Below, piece by piece: positions 41,817-52,967 of a stretch of 64,000 bases of DNA. The stretch is from an uncultured delta proteobacterium. Its GTDB lineage: Bacteria; Desulfobacterota; BSN033; UBA1163. The notes beneath the pieces were generated by a model. It saw nothing but the letters and a program-made list of their open reading frames with translations, did not search any database and was not told the DNA's origin. The stretch lies in assembly GCA_963708295.1 (NCBI GenBank), contig CAVPSJ010000017.1:480001-544000 (forward strand), read 5' to 3'. The position numbers were made by a program, and so were the translations under genes. Numbering within the stretch: position 1 is the stretch's first letter; every line of letters begins with the position of its first letter.

Positions 41817-42996
41817 CTACTTCGTGATTCTAACCCAGTCAGTCAGTCTCTCAACGGTCCCATCAGGGCGGACTTTCCCGTAAAATACGTGTTTCCCTCC
41901 TTGTCTTTCGTTCGCCGAATAAGTGATCGGGGGACCAATCCCTTTCCAATCCTTCAGAGTCTCCATGGCCTTGACCAGGTTCTCTGTCGTCAGGTTCTTG
42001 CCGGCCCTTCTCACGCCTTCCACAAAGGGTTCTGCGAACATAATCCCGGCATAATAGAAGACGCCCCATCTCTCCTGGGGCTCCAATTTTTTATGCCATT
42101 CCCGGTACTTCACCATCAGAGGATGATTGGAGTCTGGCAGCTCGGCAAAGTTGGAATTAATCATGCCGGCCCATAGACCCTTGGTGATCTGCAGCATCAA
42201 CGGCGAGTCGGAGAGCGTATTGCTGGTTGCCCATTGGGGCTTAAAACCGATTTTTGCCGTCTCTCCTAAAATGAGTGCAGCGTGGGTGGGCATACACCAC
42301 ATGACCACCGCCTCCGCCCCAGAATCTTTGAGCTTCAAGGCATGGGTGCTGAGATCCCGATCCGTCACCTCGGCCGAGACTTTCGCCACGAGATCAATCT
42401 TTTTTTCTTTCAGGTACCGCTCAACCCCCATGATCCCTTGCTTTCCGTAGTCGTCGTTCTGATAGAACACAGCGATCTTCTTGAAGCCCAGCTTTTCGTA
42501 AAGATAGCCGGTCAGGTTATAGGCTTCGTCATCATAAAGGGGATAGACGGCAAAAAGGTATTTCTGGAAAGGCTGGATCCAATTATAGACTCCTGTCGAC
42601 GGGGCCAACCCAGACGACCTTGTTCTCCATGAGATCATCCCGTACAGCCATGCCCGGCCCGACCCCAACGCCTCCAACGACCGCAAAGACTCCGATCTGT
42701 TCTATGAACTCCTTTGCAATGGCTTTGGTCTTAGCAGGCTGGTAAGCATCATCGCGGAGGAAATATTTGAACTTCCTTCCGTTGATGCCGCCTTCTTCAT
42801 TCAGGATTTTAAAGAAGAGGCCGCTTCCTCTGGCAACCGCCCCCCAGGGAGCGGCAGGTCCTGTTTGGGGTCCCCATTGACCCACGAGGATCTCAGTGTC
42901 TGTGACTCCGCGAACCTGTTGGGCAAGAGCGGGGTTGCGATTAAAAAAACCGTTACCATCAGCAGTCCGATAAGCAATCAAATTTTTCTTCAACAT
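41817..42996 (-). CDS. Liv-type ABC substrate-binding protein, frameshift near 42600
   Basis: GVTDTEILVG, GGINGRK, DDAYQP; YQNDDYG in the second ORF. Confidence 0.87.
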
Positions 42997-43089
42997 TTTT
43001 CTCCTCCTTTCTAAGATTTATCTGACATTGAGATTTCTATCTCACTCATCGCCTCTCACCCAAATGGGAGAGGACTTTAAATGAGCTGT

Positions 43090-43965
43090 TCAAACCTTTT
43101 TTTCATAATGCCTGGCCAGGAGTCCACTCGGCCTGATGCACAGCATCAAAACAATGATGGCGAAGGCGACCACGGATTTAAATGCTAAGGAAACGTATCC
43201 GCCGAAAAGGTTTTCAATGATCCCCAACAAGGCTCCACCCACAGCGGAGCCCGGCAGGCTGGTCATTCCTCCCAATACGGCAGAGGCAAATCCCTTTAAA
43301 AGAGGGTCCATCATCATCGGAGGATCGAGTACGCCAAGAGCCGCAATGAGCATTCCCGCGACTGCGCCAACCATGGAACTGATGGCCCAGGTGAAAGAGA
43401 GAATCCGCTTGGTACGGATCCCCATGACCCGGGCGGCCAACGGGTTCTGCTGAGTGGCTCTCATGGCGATTCCTAATTTGGTGTAGCGGAAAAAGAGAAA
43501 GAGGACGAACATCAAGACGAAGCGAGATCAGGATGGTCCAGAAATTAATCTTGCTGATCAGGTAGACCGCCTGATATTGTACGTTTCCACACTGGAGACA
43601 GGAAAAGGAAATGGCCTTTGGTCAGGTCCCCATTTCCATCCGGCAAATCCCATCAGGACCATTTCGAAACCGAGGGTGATGATCATCAGTCCCAATACGT
43701 TGGGGTCTTTGGCTTGCCTCAAAAAGGCGATTTCAAAGAAGATGCCCAGAAGAATGGCGAAGAGGAATGTCAAAACCACGGCCCACGGAAAAGCGACGTG
43801 ATAACTATCCAGAATGGTGAAGGCCACGAAGGTGCTGACCATGGCCATTTCCCCCTGGGCAAAGTTGAGGACCTCAGAGGTTTTATAGATGATGACCATG
43901 GCAAGGGCCAGAAGAGAATAACAGGCTCCCACTGCCAAACCGCTCACAATCAGCTGACCAAACAT
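43090..43965 (-). CDS. livH: Liv-type ABC permease (LivH-like), frameshift near 43565
   Basis: LNFAQGE; TKLGIAMRA; RPSGLL. Confidence 0.87.
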
Positions 43966-43984
43966 GTGCCTTCCTCAAAAGACC

Positions 43985-44088
43985 TGGAGTGATGGAGATA
44001 TTGGAGTGTTGGGTTTATCCTATCTTTCAAGAGGGTATTATGCGTTTCCCTCCATTACTCCAATATTCCACTACTCCATTATTCCATT
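43985..44088. repeat. palindromic octamer array TGGAGTGA/ATTACTCC
   Basis: TGGAGTGATGGAGATATTGGAGTGTTGG mirrored by CCATTACTCCAATATTCCACTACTCCATTATTCCA. Confidence 0.7.
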
Positions 44089-44093
44089 GTTTT

Positions 44094-45155
44094 CTAAAAG
44101 GGCCATGTCTTCCAGTAGCGTTTCATTCGAATCCAGAATCCAAAGATCCCTAAAGGCTCAAAGAGAACAATGAAGATCATGATCAATCCATAGACAATGA
44201 CAGCAACATTGGACATCCCTGCGATGTTCATATATTTCTGGGAAAAGGCGACCAGGGCCGGGCCGATCGCTGGAATATCCTGAATCGCCTGAAGTTTGAT
44301 GTCGAGATAGGTCATCAAAGCCGCTCCGGCGATGGAGCCCATGATGGACCCCAATCCTCCCACAACCACCATGGCCAAGAAGGTGATCGACATGATGAGG
44401 TGAAAGCTTTCAGGATTGATGAAACCGAGAATAAAGGCGTAGAGGCCGCCTGCAATCCCGGTGTAAAAGGCGCTCACTGCAAAGGCGAGGGTCTTGTAAT
44501 AAGTCAGGTTCACTCCCATCGCTTCGGCAGCGATGTCACTATCCCGAATGGCAATGAAGGCCCGTCCCACCCTTGTTTTTATCAATTTCATGGCTCCGAT
44601 GACCATGACCACGGCGATCGCCATGATCAGATAATAGAAATGAATATCTTTCATGGGAGTCCCGAAGAAAAAGAGCTTCGGAGCTTGAAGCCCCATCCTT
44701 CCCCCAAAAAATTCCATATGCTTGATGATGGTGGTGATGGTCATGCCGAAACCGAGCGTTGCAATCGCGAGATAGGGCCCTTTCAGACGAAGGGCTGGAA
44801 GTCCCAGAATAAATCCAAAGCCGGAAGAGATGAACCCTGCAATGGGAAGGGCGATCCAGAGAGGGAGGCTCCATTTCAATATGAGGATAACGGTCGTGAA
44901 GGCTCCGATGGCGAAAAATCCCGCATGACCCAACGATACCTGGCCTGTGTATCCGACGAGGATATTCAGGCCGACCGCGACCAGGGCATGGATGGTAATC
45001 AGATTGACGATGTAGATGGACATCCCGAGGAGATGGTAATGTTTGACCAGCCAGGGCAAAACGATCAAAAATAACAGGAAGAGCATCGACCAGACAAAGA
45101 TCGTCGTGCTCTTAAAAAGCTCGATGTCTTCATAATAGTCACGCTTGATGTCCAT
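44094..45155 (-). CDS. livM: Liv-type ABC permease (LivM-like)
   Basis: GYTGQVSLGHAGF, RLKGPYLAIATL, GRAFIAIRD, YWKTWPF. Confidence 0.92.
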   Translation of the reverse strand: MDIKRDYYEDIELFKSTTIFVWSMLFLLFLIVLPWLVKHYHLLGMSIYIVNLITIHALVAVGLNILVGYTGQVSLGHAGFFAIGAFTTVILILKWSLPLWIALPIAGFISSGFGFILGLPALRLKGPYLAIATLGFGMTITTIIKHMEFFGGRMGLQAPKLFFFGTPMKDIHFYYLIMAIAVVMVIGAMKLIKTRVGRAFIAIRDSDIAAEAMGVNLTYYKTLAFAVSAFYTGIAGGLYAFILGFINPESFHLIMSITFLAMVVVGGLGSIMGSIAGAALMTYLDIKLQAIQDIPAIGPALVAFSQKYMNIAGMSNVAVIVYGLIMIFIVLFEPLGIFGFWIRMKRYWKTWPF

Positions 45156-45177
45156 GGGAATCCCTACGGGGCGGAGT

Positions 45178-46886
45178 TCATTTTAATCCCCGTTTGGCTC
45201 TCTCTTCTTGGGCCAGCACACGGCGCAACACTTTGCCTACCATCGACTTTGGCAAACCGTCGCGAAACTCGATATGCTTCGGGACCTTGTAGGGGGCCAG
45301 TTTCTGCCGGCAATACTGGCGGATCTCATCAGCTGTCGCCTCCTGTCCGGACCGGAGGACCACCCAGGCCTTGACCGCCTCTCCTTGATAGTCGTCGGGC
45401 ACACCGGCAACGCCCACCTCGAGGACGGCCGGATAGGACGACACGACTTCCTCCACTTCGCGCGGCCAGACCTGAAAGCCGCTGGGCTTGATGACATCCT
45501 TCTTGCGGTCGACGATAAAGATGTAACCGTCTTGGTCCATATAGCCGAGGTCACCCGTGTGGAGCCAGGGACCTCCTTCGCCGTGGACTCGAAGAACTCC
45601 GGCGGTCTCCTCGGGATTCTGCCAGTAGCCCTTCATGAGCTGAGGAGCGCGGAGAAGAAGCTCTCCTACTTCGCCGGTTGGAAGTCTCTTGTCCCCGGTG
45701 TCCGGATCGACGATGCGCACTTCCACATCCGGCAGCGGCATCCCGATGGATCCGACCTTCTTCTCTCCCAGGGCAGGATTGACCGTGCAGGCCATCATGG
45801 CCTCGGTCAGGGAATACCCTTCCAGGATGCGGCCTCCGGTCAGTTCCTCAAAGGACTTCTTCGTTTCGGCCATGAGAGCTGCCGCCCCTGAGATGCACAG
45901 CTTGATCGACTTGAAATCGACTTTGCCCGCCTTCACGTCGGGATGGTTTAGAAGGGCGATGAATAACGTGGGGACGCTGACAAAGAAGGTGGGACGGTCC
46001 TTGCGGATGGCATGAAGGACGTCCTTGATGTCGCGCGGGTTTGGAATGAGCGAAAGCGCGCTTCCGCTCACAAAGACGTTGCACTGGATCCCTGCGTTCG
46101 CGTACACGTGAAAGAGGGGCAGGGGCAGCATGACGATATCTTGCGACTCGCTCTTCAGGTTCTCAACCCATGATTTCAGTTGAAGCCCGGAACTGACGAG
46201 ACAACGGTGAGTCCCCACGGCGCCCTTGGGGGTTCCCGTCGTCCCGCCGCTGAGCAGGATGATGGCGGGATCGTCCGGGCTGACCGGCACACGGGCCTTC
46301 CTCTCGGGTCCCGTGGTCTTTAACAGGTCGCTGAACCAGAAGTCCTCGGGCTGGAGACGGATCCGGTGTCCTTCTTTCTTTTCTTTGACGAGGGTGAAGA
46401 GGAAGCGTAGTACCGGCGGAAGGAATTCCTTGATATTGCTAGCGATGACCCGCTTCACTTTTGTATTCGGCTGGATGGACTTGACCCGGTTGTAGAAGAG
46501 GGTGAGGGTGACAATCGTTTCCGGTGCACAATTGACAAGAGGGCCTTCCAACTCACTTTCGGTATAGATCGGGTTGAGGGGTAATACCGTTGCTCCGGCT
46601 TTCCAGGCACCCAGTTCCGCAATGATGAACTGAGGACAATTGGGCAAGAGTAAGGCGACACGATCGCCCTTCTTCACACCCCGCTCACTCAGAGCCACAG
46701 CAAAGGCGTCGCTCAGCTTCTCCAATTCACCGTAAGTGACGCGCAATCCCTTGAACAAGAGTGCCGGATCATCAGGGTGCTCTCTGGCCACATCAGCAAT
46801 GTAGTCCAGAAGGGTCCTCTCAGGATAGGGGCGAGTGTTCTGGGAACATCCTCGTCGTAGTGACTGAACCAAGGGGTCTGTTCCAT
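45178..46886 (-). CDS. long-chain-fatty-acid--CoA ligase, frameshift near 46828
   Basis: MEQTPWFSHYDEDVP after AGGAGG; SGGTTGTPKG, EGYSLTE, LPKSMVGKVLRR. Confidence 0.9.
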
Positions 46887-47023
46887 AGGTCACCTCCTTG
46901 AAGCGGGGGCGGAGGATGGCCGCCCCATGAAATGTGGAAGATTTGGTTTTAAAGATAGCCATCAGCAGGGATCAACGCTGCCACCCAATCCGCAAAGGCA
47001 GCCAAGCTGCCTTCATTAAGTTG

Positions 47024-47066
47024 AATGACCGTTTGATTATTATAGTCGTCCGTTAACCCTTGTCAA
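47024..47066 (-). promoter_or_regulatory. consensus sigma70 promoter of the ligase-ABC operon with operator-like sequence at the start site
   Basis: Minus strand TTGACA-N16-TATAAT followed by AATCAAACGGTCATT. Confidence 0.65.
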
Positions 47067-47462
47067 TCTTTTTTTGAGATGTTTTTGCGGTAGGCTGTCA
47101 CCCTCCTTCCGTCCCCATCCGGTTTACTCCCTCCCCCAGTTTATGCCCGCCCGTAACCAGCGTAAATCCCTTCCGAGGCTTCATAAGGCCCGCGTTAAGG
47201 GTAAACGGGATGAGTGTGTGGAATGACTTCGAAACCTGGTCTTCCTATTCAACCTCATGCAGTCAAACCTGAAGCGGTTGGGCCGATGAAGCCTCTTCAG
47301 GGATCCACCCTGATCGCGGGCGATAATTATTCAGCCCATAGAAAAGAAATTGGGGCGCAGGGCCATGAATTTGATTGACAGGCTCCTTTACTTTGATACA
47401 ATGATGGGGCCCCAGTCTCCAGGATTCTTTTGCCAAAAGAGAAGAAAAGGGTGATTCCGGGG

Positions 47463-47490
47463 TTGACTTTTCAGGAAGGTCTTATAGAAT
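47463..47490 (+). promoter_or_regulatory. promoter of tRNA-Val
   Basis: TTGACT-N16-TAGAAT, 14 bp before the tRNA. Confidence 0.55.
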
Positions 47491-47504
47491 ATAGAGTTGA
47501 TACA

Positions 47505-47579
47505 GGGCGCTTAGTTCAGGGGGAGAACGCCTGCTTCACACGCAGGAAGTCAGAGGTTCAAATCCTCTAGCGCCCACCA
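47505..47579 (+). tRNA. tRNA-Val (anticodon CAC)
   Basis: Acceptor GGGCGCT/AGCGCCC-A-CCA, anticodon arm CCTGC-TTCACAC-GCAGG, T arm AGAGG-TTCAAAT-CCTCT. Confidence 0.97.
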
Positions 47580-47630
47580 TCCTGTAGGGGCAAGGTTCAT
47601 GAATTGCCCTTACTTTCGAGAGAGAAAGAT

Positions 47631-48381
47631 ATGTCCGGACATTCAAAGTGGAGTACGATCAAGCGGAAGAAGGGGGCGGCGGACGCCAAACGAGGAAAGC
47701 TTTTCACCAAGATCATCAAAGAAATCATGGTCGCAGCCCGCATGGGCGGAGGGGACATGAATGCCAATCCGAGGCTCCGATCCGCTATCCTCGCGGCTAA
47801 AGCCGAGAACATGCCAAAGGACAACATTGACCGGGCGATCAAGAAAGGGACCGGAGGAGCTGGAAGGGGTCAACTATGAAGAATTGACTTACGAAGGGTA
47901 CGGCCCCGGAGGCGTGGCCATGCTGGTGGAGGTATTGACGGATAATAAGAACCGGACGGTGGCCGATGTGAGGCACACCTTTTCCAAATACAACGGCAGC
48001 CTTGGCGAAAATGGCTGCGTTTCGTGGATGTTCGAAAAGAAAGGGTTAATTATCATCGAAAAGAATGGAGTCGATGAAGATCGTTTGATGGAGGTGGCCT
48101 TAGAGGCGGGCGCCCTGGATGTGAAGGATTCGGGAAGAGAATTTGAGGTAACGACCGATCCGGGGAGTTTTGAAGGAGTGAAGAAGGCGCTTGAGAAAGC
48201 TGGTTTTAAGTACAACTATTCTGAGGTTACCATGGTCGCCCAAAGCAATATTCGTCTGAGCGGAAAAGAAGCGGAGCAGATGCTGAAATTAATGGAAGGT
48301 CTTGAAGATTCTGACGATGTCCAGAAGGTTTACGGCAATTTTGACATTGCCGAAGAGGAGATGGAACGACTCAGTGCATAA
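47631..48381 (+). CDS. yebC: YebC/PmpR family protein, frameshift near 47857
   Basis: [39 protein letters not shown]; upstream of ruvC. Confidence 0.95.
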
Positions 48382-48406
48382 ACATCCCCGTCTCCGTTAG
48401 CTTATC

Positions 48407-48446
48407 AGCCACCCCCTTCTAAAGGAAAGTGCTCGGGTGGCTTTTT
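48407..48446 (+). terminator. intrinsic terminator-like hairpin after yebC
   Basis: AGCCACCC...GGGTGGCT-TTTT. Confidence 0.5.
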
Positions 48447-48465
48447 CACATCTGGGGGGATATTT

Positions 48466-48954
48466 TTGGTGAAGGCGATTGGAATCGATCCGGGGTTGGC
48501 GATGACAGGGTTTGGAGTCGTCGAAGCTCTTGCCCGGGGAGGCAAGGCCTGTGATTGGGGAGCGATTCGAACCGAGCCGGGTTCGCCCGTCCCTCTCCGC
48601 TTAAGAACGATCTATGATGAACTCCATGGACTTCTTAAGAAATGGAACCCCGGCCTTCTCGCCTTAGAAGAGGTTTTCGTGTTGAAACAATTTCCCAAGG
48701 CCGCCATTCAACTCGGAGAAGTGAGAGGGATCGTCTACCTGGCGGCTCAAGAGATGGGCATTCCCGTGATCGACCTGAAACCGACGGAAGTGAAGAGCGC
48801 CCTAACCGGAAGCGGTCGGGCGGACAAGGAACAGATGAAAAAGGCCATTCGCCAGATTCTCAGGATCGAGAATTCTGTTAGCTCAAGCCATGCAGGGGAT
48901 GCCCTGGCCCTGGCCTTAACGGGCCTTTCTCGAAGCAAGGATTTTCGATGGTAA
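48466..48954 (+). CDS. ruvC: crossover junction endodeoxyribonuclease RuvC
   Basis: IGIDPGL..TGFG, LEEVF, EVKSALTGSGRADKEQ, DALALA. Confidence 0.95.
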   Translation: MVKAIGIDPGLAMTGFGVVEALARGGKACDWGAIRTEPGSPVPLRLRTIYDELHGLLKKWNPGLLALEEVFVLKQFPKAAIQLGEVRGIVYLAAQEMGIPVIDLKPTEVKSALTGSGRADKEQMKKAIRQILRIENSVSSSHAGDALALALTGLSRSKDFRW

Positions 48955-48972
48955 GCCCTGCTTTTCAGCAGA

Positions 48973-49105
48973 GAAATACGAAATTCGAAGCACGAAATTC
49001 GAAACAAGCACGAATGTTCAAGGTACCAACATCACAAACGAAAGAAAGTTTAGGATTTTGAAATTTGGATTTGTTTCGGGCTTCGATATTCGGATTTCGG
49101 ATTTT
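48973..49105. repeat. palindromic heptad array (40723 family)
   Basis: AAATACGAAATTCGAAGCACGAAATTCGAAAC ... GTTTCGGGCTTCGATATTCGGATTTCGGATTT. Confidence 0.8.
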
Positions 49106-49179
49106 GCCATGGGTGAGATACTTAGAGCTGAGAGGGCAGGAACGACCAGCTCGTAAGCGGGGATGAAGGTGGTAAAAAC

Positions 49180-49812
49180 ATGATCCGCTATATCGAAGGG
49201 AAATTGCTCAAAAAAGAGGAAGACAGAATCGTTGTGTTGGCAAACGGCGTAGGCTATGAGATTCTCCTTCCTGCCATCGTTCGACAGACCTTCAACGCCA
49301 AGCGGGCGGGGGAAGATGGGGAGCCCGTGAGGCTGTTTATTTATTACCACCAGACAGAGCGCCAACCCAAACCCCTCCTCATCGGGTTCAACGTCGAACC
49401 CGAGAAGGAGTTCTTTGAGAAATTCATCACCGTGGAAGACATCGGCCCACCCACAGCAGCGAAAGCCCTGGTGATGCCCATTGCCAGGATCGCCAAGGCC
49501 ATCGAAGAACGGGATTCGAAGACCCTTGAGAGGCTGAAGGGGATCGGAAAGAGGACAGCGGACAAGATCATTGCTACCCTTCAGGGGAAGGTGGGGAAGT
49601 TTGCGCTCATGAGATCCGATCAGATTCCTGGGGATGAGGAGATGGTGGACTTTAAGAAGCAGGTGGAAGAGGTCTTAGTCAAGGATCTTGGCCACAAATT
49701 AAGTGAAGCGCAGAGACTGGTGAAAGAGGCGATGATGAGGAATCCGAGCATCTCCACGCCGGAAGAATTGTTTGAGGAGGTCTATCGAGGTGAGAAGGAT
49801 GTCCCCTCTTAG
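49180..49812 (+). CDS. ruvA: Holliday junction branch migration protein RuvA
   Basis: MIRYIEGKL, NGVGYEI, KGIGKRTADKI; located between ruvC and ruvB. Confidence 0.92.
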   Translation: MIRYIEGKLLKKEEDRIVVLANGVGYEILLPAIVRQTFNAKRAGEDGEPVRLFIYYHQTERQPKPLLIGFNVEPEKEFFEKFITVEDIGPPTAAKALVMPIARIAKAIEERDSKTLERLKGIGKRTADKIIATLQGKVGKFALMRSDQIPGDEEMVDFKKQVEEVLVKDLGHKLSEAQRLVKEAMMRNPSISTPEELFEEVYRGEKDVPS

Positions 49813-49878
49813 ACCGTTCAAATTCCCCCAACCTTCCCTTTCTTAAAGGGGAATGTGTGAAGAAATTGTATTTAAGTC

Positions 49879-49967
49879 GTCACCCCGGTGGAAACCGGGG
49901 TCCAGTCAGTTCGTAATGTCTCGTAATATCCCGAAAACACTGGATTCCGGCTTTCGCCGGAATGACG
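49879..49967. repeat. REP doublet GTCACCCCGG..CCGGGGTCCAG / CTGGATTCCGG..CCGGAATGAC
   Basis: Inverted pair of GC hairpins. Confidence 0.75.
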
Positions 49968-50052
49968 GCGAAAAGAACAGAATCAATTTTTTTACAGCTA
50001 CTGAGGGCGAGGGGGATTAAAGATTTTGCATCTTTCTCATAAAGAGGAACAT

Positions 50053-51117
50053 ATGAAGATATCCGAAGAGGAGACAAAACCGGATCTGGAGAAAAGCGTT
50101 GAGGAGAGCCAGCCGGAAGTTGAAGATTATCTCGACCTGAGGCCTCGTCAGCTCTCCGAATACATCGGACAAAAACAGGTGGTGGAAACCCTGGAGATCG
50201 CCATTCAGGCCGCGAAGAAAAGGGGGGAGCCCCTGGACCACGTCCTTTTTCATGCCCCTCCGGGGTTAGGAAAAACCACGCTTGCCCATATCATTGCCAC
50301 CGAGATGGAGGTTCGTATCGTGACCACCTCCGGGCCGGCCATTGAAAAAGGGGGAGATCTCATCAGCATTCTGACCCATCTTGAAAGAGGGGATGTCCTT
50401 TTCATTGATGAAGTACACCGTCTCCCCAAGGTCGTAGAAGAATTTCTCTATCCCGCGATGGAAGATTTTTGTATCGATTTCATTTTTGATAAAGGATCTC
50501 ATGCCAGAAGCCACCGATATCGGTTGGAAAGGTTTACCCTCGTCGGGGCAACCACGCGGGCCGGGCTCCTGTCTGCACCCCTTCGAGAACGTTTTGGAAT
50601 TTTGAGAAACCTCGATTTTTATGCGGTCGACGAACTCTGTCAGGTCGTCAGGCGTTCTGCCGCTCTCCTGGGGATCCCCGTCGATGAAAAAGGGACAGAA
50701 GAAATTGCCAAGCGGTCAAGAGGGACACCGAGGATTTCGAATCGTCTCCTGAAAAGGGTGAGGGATTTTGCCGAGATTCGAGGCCAGGGGAAGATTGACA
50801 AAGCCATCGCCGATGCGGCGCTTCGTCTCGAAGGAGTGGATGAGATCGGATTAACCAGTCTTGATCGTAGGTTCCTGGAGACCATCATCCGTTATTACAA
50901 CGGAGGGCCTGTGGGTCTTGAGGCGATTGCCGCTACGCTCCAGGAAGAAGCCGACACGCTGGTGGATATGATCGAGCCTTTTCTCCTCAAGATCGGATTC
51001 GTGGCAAGGATGCAGAATGGAAGGAGAGCCACGGAGCTGGCCTACCAGCATTTTGGAATTTCGTATTCAGAATCAGGGAGACAACTCTCCCTTCCCACCC
51101 GAAAGAAACATTCGTAG
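50053..51117 (+). CDS. ruvB: Holliday junction branch migration helicase RuvB
   Basis: [42 protein letters not shown]. Confidence 0.97.
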   Translation: MKISEEETKPDLEKSVEESQPEVEDYLDLRPRQLSEYIGQKQVVETLEIAIQAAKKRGEPLDHVLFHAPPGLGKTTLAHIIATEMEVRIVTTSGPAIEKGGDLISILTHLERGDVLFIDEVHRLPKVVEEFLYPAMEDFCIDFIFDKGSHARSHRYRLERFTLVGATTRAGLLSAPLRERFGILRNLDFYAVDELCQVVRRSAALLGIPVDEKGTEEIAKRSRGTPRISNRLLKRVRDFAEIRGQGKIDKAIADAALRLEGVDEIGLTSLDRRFLETIIRYYNGGPVGLEAIAATLQEEADTLVDMIEPFLLKIGFVARMQNGRRATELAYQHFGISYSESGRQLSLPTRKKHS

Positions 51118-51126
51118 TTTTTTAGC

Positions 51127-51292
51127 TTGACAACCCTTTCCCCTTTGTGTAGCATTTCTTAGCCATTCCTTGGACTGAGGCTGATGAAGTGCAACCGCGC
51201 TAATCCATTCAGAATTTAAGCTTATCCCTGGGAGGATCGATGAAGGCTCCGTACATTGTATCCATGATACGTGGTAGGGAGCTTTTTTTATT
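51127..51292 (+). promoter_or_regulatory. promoter plus ~130-nt leader ending in a terminator hairpin upstream of the sensor kinase
   Basis: TTGACA-N17-TAGCAT; GGCTCC...GGAGCT followed by a T run. Confidence 0.5.
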
Positions 51293-51317
51293 TTAACTTT
51301 CCGAAGAAGAAATACGT

Positions 51318-52967
51318 ATGGCGAAAAGAACACCCGATCGCGGGCGTTTAAGGAAAGAGCCGGGCCAGCTCCGACGGGTTCGAGAAGTGCTGCGCGAAAG
51401 CGAGGAGAAATCCCGCGCCATTCTCCAGAGCATCGAGGAGCTTTATTACGAGGTTGATCTCTCGGGAAATCTGGTGACCTTCAATCATTCCATGAGCGAG
51501 ATTCTCGGATATTCGAAAGAAGAATTGATGGGCATGAATAATCGGCGGTATATGGATGAAGAGACAGCCAGGAAGGTCTATCAAACGTTTAACCGGGTCT
51601 ACGAAACGGGCCTTCCGACCAAAGCCTTCGACTGGGATCTCATTAGAAAAGACGGCGCCCGGAGGATTCTTGAGACCTCTGTCTCGCTCATGCGCGATGC
51701 CAGAGGCCGGCCCATCGGGTTTTATGGCATCGGACGGGATATCACTGAACGCAAACAGGCGGAGAGGGTCCTGCGGGAGAGTGAGGAAAAGTATCGGACG
51801 ACCCTTCAGAGTATCGAGGAGGGGTATTATGAAGTGGATCTCGCCGGAAACCTGACCTTCTTCAACAATGCCCTCGTCAGGTTTTCCGGATATTCGAAAG
51901 AGGAATTGATGGGCATGAATAGCAGGAGGTTGATGACAGACGAGTCCGCCAAGAAAATGTCTCAAATTTCCGGCGAGGTGTATCAAACGGGGGAACCCGC
52001 AAATCCCTTCGACTGGGAAATGGTCAGAAAAGAAGGCACCAAGAGATTCATCGAAACCTCCGTTTCACTCGTGCAGGATTCAAGGGGCAAGACGATCGGG
52101 TTTCGAGGGATTGCGCGCGATGTCACCGATCGCAAGAGAATCGAAGAACAAGCCAAGATTCATCAACAACAATTGATGCAGGCAGGAAAGATGGTCGCCC
52201 TGGGCACACTGGTTTCGAGTGTTGCTCATGAGATCAACAATCCAAACAATTTTATCATGTTAAACACGCCACTCCTGTCCGAGGCATGGGAGGGTGTCCT
52301 ACCCATCCTGGATGAGTATTATGAGAAGAACGGCGACTTTGCAATCGGCGGCATGAAGTATACGGAGATGCGGGACGGTATCGGAGTGTTATTTTCCGGA
52401 ATACGGGACGGGTCAAAGCGGATCAAGCAGATCGTCGAAGACTTAAAGGACTTTGTGAGAAGAGACACCTCGGATATGACCCAATCCGTAGATATGAACG
52501 CTGTGTTAAAGTCTGCGATCTCGCTCCTCTCGAATACGATTATGAAGTCCACGAATCATTTTTCAGTCGCCTACGGAAAGGATCTACCGCTCTTAAAGGG
52601 TAATTTCCAACGGTTTGAGCAAGTCATGATCAACCTGATTCAAAACGCCTGCCAGGCGCTCCCGGATAACCGGAAGGGTATTCGTGTGTCGACTTCTTAC
52701 GAGGAGAAAAAGCCCAGCATGGTCGTTGAAGTCGAGGATGAGGGCACGGGGATTCCTTCGGAAATGCTATCTCATATTACCGACCCTTTCTTTACGACCA
52801 AGTCCGATTCAGGAGGCCTTGGGTTGGGTTTATCCATTTCTTCAAGAATTGTAAAAGAGAGTGGGGGAACATTGACCTTCACCTCGGAGCCCGGAAAGGG
52901 GACCCGGGCTAAGATTGTGCTTCCTATTTTCGAGGCGAATTCAGCCACGATGGAGATGAAAGAATGA
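51318..52967 (+). CDS. cytoplasmic double-PAS sensor histidine kinase
   Basis: Two homologous PAS/PAC repeats; VAHEINNP, NLIQNA, DEGTG, FFTTK, GLGLS. Confidence 0.93.
   Translation: MAKRTPDRGRLRKEPGQLRRVREVLRESEEKSRAILQSIEELYYEVDLSGNLVTFNHSMSEILGYSKEELMGMNNRRYMDEETARKVYQTFNRVYETGLPTKAFDWDLIRKDGARRILETSVSLMRDARGRPIGFYGIGRDITERKQAERVLRESEEKYRTTLQSIEEGYYEVDLAGNLTFFNNALVRFSGYSKEELMGMNSRRLMTDESAKKMSQISGEVYQTGEPANPFDWEMVRKEGTKRFIETSVSLVQDSRGKTIGFRGIARDVTDRKRIEEQAKIHQQQLMQAGKMVALGTLVSSVAHEINNPNNFIMLNTPLLSEAWEGVLPILDEYYEKNGDFAIGGMKYTEMRDGIGVLFSGIRDGSKRIKQIVEDLKDFVRRDTSDMTQSVDMNAVLKSAISLLSNTIMKSTNHFSVAYGKDLPLLKGNFQRFEQVMINLIQNACQALPDNRKGIRVSTSYEEKKPSMVVEVEDEGTGIPSEMLSHITDPFFTTKSDSGGLGLGLSISSRIVKESGGTLTFTSEPGKGTRAKIVLPIFEANSATMEMKE

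Noticed and set aside
47098-47184. Minus-strand mini-ORF MKPRKGFTLVTGG resembling a prepilin start
   Set aside because: Lacks the Glu at +5 and the hydrophobic helix; only 28 aa
47505-47579. tRNA-Val as an integration site for an island
   Set aside because: No integrase and no duplicated tRNA 3' end; the only match noticed (CGCCCACCA near 40876) is 9 bp
48880-48920. RuvC HAGDALA instead of DAADALA
   Set aside because: His at this position occurs in functional RuvC proteins; other acidic residues are intact
51177-51210. Resemblance to a fluoride or SAM-I riboswitch (GATGAAGTGC..AACCGC..GCTAAT)
   Set aside because: The required pairing partners are absent; kept only as an unassigned leader
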